Positions 53,413 to 61,127 are shown, numbered from the stretch's first letter. The stretch is 64,000 nucleotides of DNA from Candidatus Anstonellales archaeon (GCA_038890745.1 JAWAFD010000002.1:163327-227326), one strand, 5' to 3'. Made by a program: numbers and translations. Notes: generated by a model not told the origin, from the letters alone.

Positions 53413-55212
53413 ATGAGAAATTTGCACATCTTAATATTGCTTTTTCTTCTTTTGCTTTCTCTTTCTTTTAGTTCAAAAACTTCAGATACTACAGTTTCTA
53501 CATCGCTTTACAAATGCAACACTGTAGAAAGTAGTTATTCAGTAAACACAAAACTCTATTTTAAAAATGTTTTCAAGGTTTCACCAGAAAGCGGCGTCGT
53601 GGTTTTGGACCCGGGGGAGGGAGGCACGCAATCAGACTTAGGAGATAATGCCGTAATCTGTCCAGGTAAAGTTACCCTCTCAAGCAAGGTGGATGGGGAA
53701 TATGCTCATGGATCTCAATGGAGCGCAACTGTTGATGTTTTATCTGGTGATGACTCTGGCTATGCTGACTACAATCAGGTATCGCCCGGAAGGTTTAAGT
53801 TTTCTTCAAATTTGTATCAGGACTACTACACCGCAACATGGGAATATGGCATTATTCCTGATTTCAATAGAGTAAACGAAAAGGTGAAATTTTGCTGGAA
53901 AATAAACGACTGTACAGATGATACTACAAAAGGTGGGAGCGGGGGCGCGGTTAAATCAAAAATTAAGTTTTCTGCAGGTAGTCAAACCTATGAGACACCA
54001 TGGCTAGAAAGTGATTCTTCTTCTTGGACGGTTTCTCTTAGTGAAGGTTCATATGAACTAAGCTCTGTTTTGAGTATAAATGGAGCAGTAATTGGAATAG
54101 CTCGGGACAATACACAAAATGATAATTATGATAGCACACATTTTTTTGCATTTACAAAGTTGGGTTTTTGTAATGATGACGGCGGTGCGTTCTCTACTTC
54201 CCTTCCTAAGGCCAGCATCCGCATACAAGTCCTTAACGCCAACGATGTGAGTATGGAGCTTGTCTCGCGACAACCCGGTGATCCAGTCCCGCTTCCAACA
54301 GACATGACAATCGTGGTAAAGAATACAGGGCCCATTTCAATAAAAGTTACTTCAGCATCCATAACGCCAGGCTATTCGATTAGAGAAATCTCAGGGTTTG
54401 GCGAAGAGATTCAAGCTGGCCATCAGCACACCATTAAGGTTCATCTTGAAGCAACCCAAACCCCTCCACCAGCGTCCGGAACGATAACTCTTAAATACCA
54501 GTCAGTTGGACCGACATGCGATGGAACAGTTAAAACAAAAGACCTTAACTTTGGAATAAGCACTGAAGTAGGAAAGCCAGACCTTTCCCCCAAAATAACC
54601 TGGCGCCTTCCCTTACCTTTCTACGAGGGTGATGCTGCTGGGATCACAATACATGACTGCAACCAACTCATTAAAGCAGGAGCGCACGACTCAACCTATT
54701 CCATCAAAACCAATGATGGCAATAATATTATAAAAGAGGAAACGGTTCGGGTTGGAGAGCTGGATGCTGGCAAATGCCAACAGTTATATAATGGTAATGT
54801 TGTGTGTACAAAAAACATCATTGTTACGGTTTGCAGTGATGTTAAAAATGAAGTGGATGAAGGGGGCAATGAGGGTAATAATTGCATAACAGAAACGCAG
54901 GCATGCTCTGGAGCAGAAGAAGCAGGCAACTGTACCATCACTCCATCATACGCAACCTTCATCCCGCCTTCAAGCAAATACTTTAAGCTTACCTGCGGCG
55001 CTGCTTACTGCACTGAAGCAAAATGGAAGCTTGAGGATTTAGATGAGCACGTTTCTGCTTCGGTTGATAATTATGGGGCAACGGTCTATGTTGATGCAGA
55101 GGCGCCTCCTCAAAAAGGAAGGCTCGTTGCCGATGCAAAATTGAATGAAGAAAAATACACATGTTCTTCTGTTATAGATATTATAGAGAGCGAGTGCGAG
55201 GATTATATATAA
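53413..55212 (+). CDS. secreted Cys-rich protein with CARDB-like domains
   Basis: The signal peptide is MRNLHILILLFLLLLSLSFS. It starts 4 nt after the upstream stop. ..CSDVKNEVDEGGNEGNNCITE is a CARDB-type terminal motif, and ..TIVVKNTGPISIKVTSASI.. is a beta-sandwich pattern. Confidence 0.75.
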   Translation: MRNLHILILLFLLLLSLSFSSKTSDTTVSTSLYKCNTVESSYSVNTKLYFKNVFKVSPESGVVVLDPGEGGTQSDLGDNAVICPGKVTLSSKVDGEYAHGSQWSATVDVLSGDDSGYADYNQVSPGRFKFSSNLYQDYYTATWEYGIIPDFNRVNEKVKFCWKINDCTDDTTKGGSGGAVKSKIKFSAGSQTYETPWLESDSSSWTVSLSEGSYELSSVLSINGAVIGIARDNTQNDNYDSTHFFAFTKLGFCNDDGGAFSTSLPKASIRIQVLNANDVSMELVSRQPGDPVPLPTDMTIVVKNTGPISIKVTSASITPGYSIREISGFGEEIQAGHQHTIKVHLEATQTPPPASGTITLKYQSVGPTCDGTVKTKDLNFGISTEVGKPDLSPKITWRLPLPFYEGDAAGITIHDCNQLIKAGAHDSTYSIKTNDGNNIIKEETVRVGELDAGKCQQLYNGNVVCTKNIIVTVCSDVKNEVDEGGNEGNNCITETQACSGAEEAGNCTITPSYATFIPPSSKYFKLTCGAAYCTEAKWKLEDLDEHVSASVDNYGATVYVDAEAPPQKGRLVADAKLNEEKYTCSSVIDIIESECEDYI

Positions 55213-55274
55213 GCAATTGGCATTACCAGTGAAGGGTTGGACTTTGGGCAGAAAGGGGTAAGCTTAGCGCATGA

Positions 55275-55313
55275 AAATTACTTACCAATGGTAAGTAACT
55301 TACCAGGGGTAAG
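55275..55313. repeat. 39-bp direct repeat, left copy (AAATTACTTACCAATGGTAAGTAACTTACCAGGGGTAAG), containing two CTTACC-N3-GGTAAG palindromes
   Basis: Identical to 56397-56435, and extendable to TGAAA(A)TTAC.. with one A indel. Related half-sites occur at 55254-55261 (GGGGTAAG) and 55221-55235. Confidence 0.9.
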
Positions 55314-55322
55314 TTTTTAAAC
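55314..55322 (+). promoter_or_regulatory. TATA-box-like TTTTTAAAC upstream of the 55344 ATPase gene
   Basis: It directly abuts the left 39-bp repeat and lies ~25 nt upstream of the ATG. Confidence 0.4.
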
Positions 55323-55343
55323 CTTTTGAATAACTAAAACCTT

Positions 55344-56420
55344 ATGTACTTTGACCCTGAGCCAAAGGAGAGTAGAAAGGACGTTTACAACTTTGAGCAG
55401 GAATACGATGCGTTAAAAAAGTCAATACTTGGGCGGGATAGGATAATAGTCATAAAGGGACTGAGGAGAACAGGAAAAACTACGCTGATGAAGGTTGTAT
55501 ACAATGAGTTAAAAGAAGCAAAATGTTTTATAGATGGTAGGGTGGTTGAGCCAAGACAGAGCGCAGTTTATTCTGCTCTTCTAAATGCCGTCGCAGGAGC
55601 AGTAACAGAGAAGTACGTGGGTGTAAAGGCAAGAGAAATAATTGAAGCGATAAGATTTGAGTTTATGGGTATTAGCCTTTCGTTAAAAAAGGAAAGAGCA
55701 CTACGTTTCTTTTCGGATGTAGATAAGGTGCTAGAAAGAAAAAAAGAAACCCTGATCGTGTTTATAGATGAAGTGCAGAGAATAAATCCTGGAAATATAG
55801 ATGGTATAATAGCGCATGTGTTTGAACACACAAAAAACATAAAATTTGTTCTTGCCGGTTCAGAGATAGGATTACTGGATCAGGTTATAGGAACAGATGC
55901 TAAAAGCAGCTTATATGGTAGACCAAAAAAAATTATTCAAATACAAAAGTTAACTGAAGAACAGGCAAAGGGATTCCTAAGAAGTGGCTTTAAGCAAGCT
56001 GGTATAAAGATGGAAGAGGATGAAATTGAGAGAGTAGTTGAGGTTCTTGATGGGGTAATAGGATGGCTTACGTTATTTGGGTACTATGCGATTGAGGAGG
56101 GAAAGAAGACCGCACTTAAGAAGGTTATAGAAGAAGGTGCAAAAATAACTGCAGAGGAGATAGAGAATTTTTTGAGAGGGAGGGAAATCGCAAGAAGGAA
56201 ATATCTTAGGATTATGGAAGGATTGGTTGCTGGGCTAAGATGGATCGAGGTGAAAAGACTTCTCGAAGCAGAAGAAGGAAAAAAAGTAAACGATAAAATG
56301 GTTTCAAAATATCTTGCAGAACTTGAGAAATATAGTTTCATAGTAAAAACAGATGGAAGGTATTTCCTTTCAGACCCCATGATACAAAGGGGCGTGAAAT
56401 TACTTACCAATGGTAAGTAA
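55344..56420 (+). CDS. archaeal ATPase family protein (PF01637/COG1672-like P-loop NTPase with a C-terminal winged-helix-like domain)
   Basis: Walker A is IKGLRRTGKTTLM and Walker B is LIVFIDEVQ. The N-terminal FEQEYDALKK..GRDRIIV pattern is typical of the family. Confidence 0.75.
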   Translation: MYFDPEPKESRKDVYNFEQEYDALKKSILGRDRIIVIKGLRRTGKTTLMKVVYNELKEAKCFIDGRVVEPRQSAVYSALLNAVAGAVTEKYVGVKAREIIEAIRFEFMGISLSLKKERALRFFSDVDKVLERKKETLIVFIDEVQRINPGNIDGIIAHVFEHTKNIKFVLAGSEIGLLDQVIGTDAKSSLYGRPKKIIQIQKLTEEQAKGFLRSGFKQAGIKMEEDEIERVVEVLDGVIGWLTLFGYYAIEEGKKTALKKVIEEGAKITAEEIENFLRGREIARRKYLRIMEGLVAGLRWIEVKRLLEAEEGKKVNDKMVSKYLAELEKYSFIVKTDGRYFLSDPMIQRGVKLLTNGK

Positions 56421-56435
56421 CTTACCAGGGGTAAG
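56397..56435. repeat. 39-bp direct repeat, right copy
   Basis: Identical to 55275-55313. It overlaps the stop codon at 56418-56420. Confidence 0.9.
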
Positions 56436-56449
56436 ATATAGGATACCAT

Positions 56450-56995
56450 CTACTCGCTTACGACCCCATAATAACTTACATTCATCTTTCTTATCCCTTC
56501 AAAGGTTTCCACATCGTTTCCTTCGCATGTTATAGTAAAAATAATCTCTCCCGAACAGCCCTGCATGCTTCCAGGATGTGTGAAGAGCCCGCACCTCTCG
56601 CCATGGGTGTTCAGCCAATTTACCTTTTCCTGAATGTTGCTGGTGTTCCATGTTATTCCGTAGAATGCGTACTCTATTTTTTCACTTATGTTAAATATTC
56701 TATTCTTCACCCAAACATCCCCAACCTTCACAGAGTTTCCGTTTATTTCCGTGTAGTTTAGGTTTGAGTTTAAAAAAGAAACCGGCGAGCGATAGTAATT
56801 GCAATAGAGTAACATTCCGCTCTTTCCAATGGCATAGCTCTTATTCTGAAATTCATAAACCTCTCCTAATTCAATCCTTCCGGCTTGCAGCTCATCCACA
56901 TTCTCGTGAACAAGAAGGAGAGCCAGGAGTATGGAGGCAATGATCAGAAAAATAAAAACTATCGCAGCCGGCGCGAATCCCTTTACTTTACCCAT
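56450..56995 (-). CDS. pilin-like / N-terminally anchored small secreted protein
   Basis: MGKVKGFAPAAIVFIFLIIASILLALLLV.. This is the last gene of a six-gene overlapping operon. The globular part contains Cys residues. Confidence 0.55.
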   Translation of the reverse strand: MGKVKGFAPAAIVFIFLIIASILLALLLVHENVDELQAGRIELGEVYEFQNKSYAIGKSGMLLYCNYYRSPVSFLNSNLNYTEINGNSVKVGDVWVKNRIFNISEKIEYAFYGITWNTSNIQEKVNWLNTHGERCGLFTHPGSMQGCSGEIIFTITCEGNDVETFEGIRKMNVSYYGVVSE

Positions 56996-57369
56996 ATCAC
57001 CCCATTCCCTCCATCATAAAGCTCTATCTCAAACATGATTCCATCCTTTTTCGCATTCGGAAAATAGTTTGTTTCTATGTTTATTTCTCTTTCTTTGCAT
57101 AGCGTATCAACATATACCGGAGCGCCATCCAATATTATATAATTCTCCCCCTCTGCGATGCTATCTGCAATGAGCAAAAGAATGCTCCTTCCATTATAGG
57201 TTTCTTTTTTTGCTTTTTCTATGGTTTGCAGCGCACCGATGTATTTATACGAAATCTCCATCTGCTTCTCAACTGCGCTTTCCCTTTCGGCCCCAACATA
57301 CATAAGGGCAGATGCCAAAACACCGAGTGCAACGATCCCCATCACTATACCTATTACATCATCCATCAT
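56983..57369 (-). CDS. N-terminally anchored small protein (pilin-like operon member)
   Basis: MMDDVIGIVMGIVALGVLASALMYV.. It overlaps its neighbours by 13 nt and 4 nt. Confidence 0.5.
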   Translation of the reverse strand: MMDDVIGIVMGIVALGVLASALMYVGAERESAVEKQMEISYKYIGALQTIEKAKKETYNGRSILLLIADSIAEGENYIILDGAPVYVDTLCKEREINIETNYFPNAKKDGIMFEIELYDGGNGVIWVK

Positions 57370-57818
57370 TCCAACACCCTTACCTTCCCATCCTCTTTAA
57401 TTACAAGGATATGGTGCGCTCCCGGCAAAAGCATTGCCTCGGTTGCGTTGCACGCTAAATTATAGCAAGTCTCCTCTTTGCATATTTTTTTTCCGCTTAT
57501 GTTTATTCCACTTTCCACATAAACAGTTTCAAAAATTCTTTTTTCATTTAAGCAGACAACATCCATCGCTCCCTTAACCTTTGCTACATCCTCCCTTCCA
57601 GAATGATAACCGCCGACAGAAAACTCTTTTCCTCCATACCCTAAGAATGTCCAGTTTTTTTCTGCATTTATTTTTAAAATTTGGAGGGCGTTCAGCATCT
57701 CCCTCTGTTCCCAATATTTATCATAAGCATTTACAACTAAAACATTCGCGAAGAAGACTATTGCGGCAATAAGAAAAACAAACATTACTTTTGGAAAGAT
57801 ATTCAGCTGCCCCCGCAT
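57366..57818 (-). CDS. pilin-like protein with class-III-type signal (MRGQ/LNIFPKVMFVFLIAAIVFF)
   Basis: ATG at 57818 has AGGAGAGG ~8 nt upstream. A basic leader ending in GQ is followed by a hydrophobic helix. The ORF-track start at 57842 is less likely. Confidence 0.6.
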   Translation of the reverse strand: MRGQLNIFPKVMFVFLIAAIVFFANVLVVNAYDKYWEQREMLNALQILKINAEKNWTFLGYGGKEFSVGGYHSGREDVAKVKGAMDVVCLNEKRIFETVYVESGINISGKKICKEETCYNLACNATEAMLLPGAHHILVIKEDGKVRVLE

Positions 57819-58162
57819 GTAATCCTCTCCTTTCCAGAGCAATGGACCTCCTTCGTGAAAGTAAACTCACCGCTTGCGTTTAGTTCAAGCGGGTAGGGGA
57901 AGTAGCTCTCCTGCCCATCCACACCTGCGAAAACAACCCCTTTCCCTATAAACACCTTCCCCCCATACTCAAAACTCGCATTGCTCCATCCTTTTTCATA
58001 ACTCTCCATTATCAAAAAGCTAACCTTTTTCGCAATATCATTTGCTAAAAATTTTTTCTGCTCGTTTATCTGAAAACTTATTGCGTTCCACATTATGGCA
58101 ATTACAATAAGAACAGCTACGAGAGAGCCAACATTCACTATAAAGTCGGTTGTTGCGGTCAT
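57803..58162 (-). CDS. N-terminally anchored small protein (pilin-like operon member)
   Basis: MTATTDFIVNVGSLVAVLIVIAIMW.. It has a 4-nt overlap with the upstream gene. Confidence 0.5.
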   Translation of the reverse strand: MTATTDFIVNVGSLVAVLIVIAIMWNAISFQINEQKKFLANDIAKKVSFLIMESYEKGWSNASFEYGGKVFIGKGVVFAGVDGQESYFPYPLELNASGEFTFTKEVHCSGKERITCGGS

Positions 58163-58566
58163 CCTACCATTCCTTTTAGGCTCACTACACCATCCTTCTT
58201 CTCAAAAATGAATGTATATTCGTTTTCCACACCGGCAGGAACAAAAAGCGAAGTTACATTTGTTCGACAGGTAATATTTTTGCACAACTCATTCTTTCCG
58301 CTTATGCAGAACTCATCATTATACCCGGTCATAACCAATTCCCCATAAACTTTTTTCTTAAAACTAAAACTGCTTTCGTCCGGCATGGAGCAGAAGGTCT
58401 CAAGCTTTCCGGAAAGCTCATCAAACAGTCTTTTCTGCTCATTAGAAATAAAATTTTCCTTAAAGGAGCCGAAAGCGTTCCAGTATGCCATTATCACTAT
58501 TGAAGCGAAAATGAAGCTTGCAAGGATCCATATCCACAAACTCGGCGCATCTCCTTTCATTGGCAT
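58159..58566 (-). CDS. pilin-like protein (MPMKGDAPSLWIWILASFIFASIVIMAYW)
   Basis: A short basic leader and hydrophobic helix are followed by four Cys residues in the globular part. Confidence 0.55.
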   Translation of the reverse strand: MPMKGDAPSLWIWILASFIFASIVIMAYWNAFGSFKENFISNEQKRLFDELSGKLETFCSMPDESSFSFKKKVYGELVMTGYNDEFCISGKNELCKNITCRTNVTSLFVPAGVENEYTFIFEKKDGVVSLKGMVG

Positions 58567-59126
58567 CTGAGCTCCCCTCTATCTGTTTGGGGGAAAGCGA
58601 TCGTAAACCAATGATATGCCAAAAATTTATCATGACATTCTCCGGGGTCGAGAAGCTCATTCAGCCTTGCATTCAGCGCGCTTCCGCTTACACCCAAGCC
58701 AGAATAATAAGAGCAGACTGCCTCGCTGCATTTTTTTGCATCAACATTAGGGCATTCTACAAGGATAAAGCATGGAACCCTTTTCTCGCATGCCCCAACC
58801 CCTCCGAGAGAAACCTCTGCGAAAACAGAGCTGTCCGTATAGTCGTTTTTGTCCCCATCTCCGTTTAGGTCTATCTCGTTGAATGAGGTGCAGAATTCCA
58901 CAAGGTTTTTATTGCTCATGGATTTTTGATAGTTGCTGCATTTTGTCTCGCAATTTTGAACAATTTTCTGAACAGCCATCTTCTGCTCTTGTGTGAGCTG
59001 GATTCCCTGAAGCTTCTCGCTTTCCTGAGCCATGTATTTTGTGAATATATCAAGCACTACATAAACAACAATGACCAAAACAAGCAGAACGAGCACAATC
59101 TCTAATGCCTTACTCTGTCCTTTCAT
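58557..59126 (-). CDS. pilin-like protein with a canonical archaeal class III signal (MKGQ/SKALEIVLVLLVLVIVV) and a DxNxDGD Ca-binding-like loop
   Basis: The KGQ-S...E pattern resembles EppA/PibD-type prepilin sites. The globular domain is Cys-rich and contains EIDLNGDGDKNDY. It is the first gene of the operon. Confidence 0.65.
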   Translation of the reverse strand: MKGQSKALEIVLVLLVLVIVVYVVLDIFTKYMAQESEKLQGIQLTQEQKMAVQKIVQNCETKCSNYQKSMSNKNLVEFCTSFNEIDLNGDGDKNDYTDSSVFAEVSLGGVGACEKRVPCFILVECPNVDAKKCSEAVCSYYSGLGVSGSALNARLNELLDPGECHDKFLAYHWFTIAFPQTDRGELRCQ

Positions 59127-59164
59127 AAGAATCCCTCACGCTTTTATTTTTGCTGTTTGTGTTT

Positions 59165-59647
59165 TTAAACATATTCTTTTATTTCAGCAAAAACCTTCTT
59201 TTTCGTCTCCCCCCAAAAAAGCACCCTCTTTCCAAGCCCCTTGGCTTTTTCGATATCCTCCTCGCTGGAAACAACAACATCATTTACAAAATCAATCCCT
59301 TCAACATCCTCCCAATTTTTTATTTTTCCAACAAGGAGTTTTTTGCCATCTTTAAAATTTTGAAGAATCCTGCATGGTAGATCCACAACAACCCTTGCCT
59401 TTACGCCGAGCAGTTTTTTTATTATCCGTTCCTCGCACGGTACCTCAACCTGAATGTTTATTATGTAAGTAAGCTTATCGTAGATATCAAAATTCTTCAT
59501 CGTTTTTATATCCAGATCCTTTATGTGCAGAAGCTTTACTCCGCTTTCCTTCATTTTTTTCGCGATAGCGAGCGGGTTTCCGACAAGCCTTGGTTGCGAA
59601 TAGCAAAAAAATTGCTTATCCTTAAGAAGAAAAGCAAAGGCGTTCAT
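59165..59647 (-). CDS. degenerate HisA/HisF-like (beta/alpha) barrel fragment protein
   Basis: ~160 aa. AFLLKDKQ..., GNPLAIAKKMKESGVKLLHIKDLD, INIQVEVPCEE and GVKARVVVD follow the order and spacing of HisA/HisF motifs (AIDLKDG, DP...A......GA..LH.VDLD, I.VQVGGGIR, G..RV..G), but with substituted key residues and only about two thirds of normal length. Confidence 0.4.
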   Translation of the reverse strand: MNAFAFLLKDKQFFCYSQPRLVGNPLAIAKKMKESGVKLLHIKDLDIKTMKNFDIYDKLTYIINIQVEVPCEERIIKKLLGVKARVVVDLPCRILQNFKDGKKLLVGKIKNWEDVEGIDFVNDVVVSSEEDIEKAKGLGKRVLFWGETKKKVFAEIKEYV

Positions 59648-59745
59648 ACAGTAGACATCAAGCAAATATTTATAATATTTGTTATCTATTTTTTTTGGGT
59701 GAGAAATTGGCCGAAAGAGAGGTTGTAGTGGAAAAGAGAGGGGGT

Positions 59746-61122
59746 ATGCTTACAACGATTCTTCTTGTTCTCATCCTTATTGGACTGGTTGTTGTGGCAT
59801 ACTTCCTATGGAAAGGAACGGCGGTTGGGAAAGTTGTTTATCTGCCGGAAGGGGAAGCAGGAAAGATTACAGAATCTGGTGGGAACACAGTGATAGCTGT
59901 TGATTGTTGCGGATGTTATGATGGCGGCAAAACAATCAGAGGGTATTGCGATTGCGACCTTACATTCAGGCCTGTTTGCACAGAGGGCGGAATAACGTAC
60001 CTGAACCCAGCAGCAGCGCAACAAGCAGGAGCGACCGTTGTTCACTACGGAGTGTGCGAAGAAGAAAAAGAAACATGCACGGATACGGATGGAGGAAAGA
60101 ACTACTATGAGTACGGAACAACCTATACATCAAAAGAGAGAGCTGCAGATTTCTGCGAAAAAACAACACTTGTAGAGTACTACTGCGAAGGCACTGAAAT
60201 AAAGAAAGAAACATTCAAGTGCGAGTATGGATGTGAAAATGGCGCATGCGCAAGGCAGGGCTGCACAGAGACGGATAAGGGAGATGACCCGTACACATAT
60301 GGAATAGTGTATTTCGGAAACGTGAAGTATGAGGATTTCTGCGAAAAAACAATTCTCACTGAATACTATTGCGAAGGGAGTACCGTAAAAAACAAAACAT
60401 ACAGATGTGAAGGAATGTGCGAACGAGGCCAGTGCATTAAGCAGACATGCACAGAAACAGATAAAGGAAGGGACTATGAGACAAAGGGACAAACAACCGG
60501 CTACCTTGATGGAGTATACGGACTGTACATAGACTACTGCACCCAGCAGACAGGAATGACAGCGCTCGTACCATCAAGACTTGTTGAATACTACTGCGAT
60601 GGAAATGTTGTGAAAAAAGAAACAGTCGAGTGCGAAGCAGGAAAGGTTTGCTCTGATGGTAAGTGCGTTAAGCAGGAGGGATGCACAGAAACAGACGATG
60701 GAGATGACATAGCGCACAAAGGTACAACGACAGGCTACCTTGATGGAGTATACGGAAGATATACGGACTACTGCACCCAAGACCAGTATGGCTATCCTAT
60801 GCTTGTTGAATACTACTGCGATGGGAACGTTGTCAAATCCAGAACAGAGCAGCAGAACTGCCCAATGTGTGAAGATGGAGCGTGTGTTACTGTTGAAAGG
60901 TACGCATGCAGCGATAGCGATAAAGGGAAGGAGAGCTACACAAAAGGGACCATAACATACACAATATACTACAGCAATGGAAGGCGTGAGAGCAGCACAT
61001 ACACAGATTACTGCTATGATCAGAACAATGTTCTTGAGTACTATTGCATAACTGATGGATTTAGTTCAGAGATAATAAAATGCCCATATGGATGTAGAGA
61101 CGGTGTGTGCATTGTTGGGTAG
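59746..61122 (+). CDS. membrane-anchored or secreted Cys-rich protein: Kazal-like domain plus five tandem ~60-75-aa six-Cys modules
   Basis: The start is ATG 59746 (SD AGAGGGGGT), giving the TM/signal MLTTILLVLILIGLVVVAYFLW. CDCDLTFRPVCTEGGITYLNPAAAQQAGATVVHYGVC fits the Kazal pattern (PVC..dG.TY.N.C.A......v...G.C). Five repeats of C(T/S)(D/E)(T/S)D.G.......D(F/Y)C.....L.EYYC.G.........C...C..G.C follow. Confidence 0.7.
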   Translation: MLTTILLVLILIGLVVVAYFLWKGTAVGKVVYLPEGEAGKITESGGNTVIAVDCCGCYDGGKTIRGYCDCDLTFRPVCTEGGITYLNPAAAQQAGATVVHYGVCEEEKETCTDTDGGKNYYEYGTTYTSKERAADFCEKTTLVEYYCEGTEIKKETFKCEYGCENGACARQGCTETDKGDDPYTYGIVYFGNVKYEDFCEKTILTEYYCEGSTVKNKTYRCEGMCERGQCIKQTCTETDKGRDYETKGQTTGYLDGVYGLYIDYCTQQTGMTALVPSRLVEYYCDGNVVKKETVECEAGKVCSDGKCVKQEGCTETDDGDDIAHKGTTTGYLDGVYGRYTDYCTQDQYGYPMLVEYYCDGNVVKSRTEQQNCPMCEDGACVTVERYACSDSDKGKESYTKGTITYTIYYSNGRRESSTYTDYCYDQNNVLEYYCITDGFSSEIIKCPYGCRDGVCIVG

Positions 61123-61127
61123 TTAAA

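Larger units (their letters stand above)
55275..56435 (+). mobile_element. candidate direct-repeat-bounded ATPase gene cassette (second example)
   Basis: One archaeal-ATPase gene lies between two 39-bp direct repeats. The right copy encodes the last 7 codons plus the stop (KLLTNGK*), so the left copy is a duplicated gene 3' end. Confidence 0.35.

Noticed and set aside
15983-55212. The island as an integrated virus or plasmid
   Set aside because: No integrase, capsid, portal, terminase, replication or partition genes are recognisable. There are no flanking tRNA or att-like repeats for the island as a whole, and the gene content is surface proteins.
48275-55212. Firm claim of horizontal transfer for the GC-richer three-gene module
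   Set aside because: The GC difference was judged only from a few hand-counted lines, and it can largely follow from the extreme Asn/Ile/Tyr content of the neighbouring genes. It is kept only as a hypothesis that needs computation.
55271-55298. Mini-ORF MKITYQW* upstream of the 55344 ATPase gene
   Set aside because: It is the duplicated 3' end of the ATPase gene (the left direct repeat) read from a fortuitous ATG. It is too short and has no SD.
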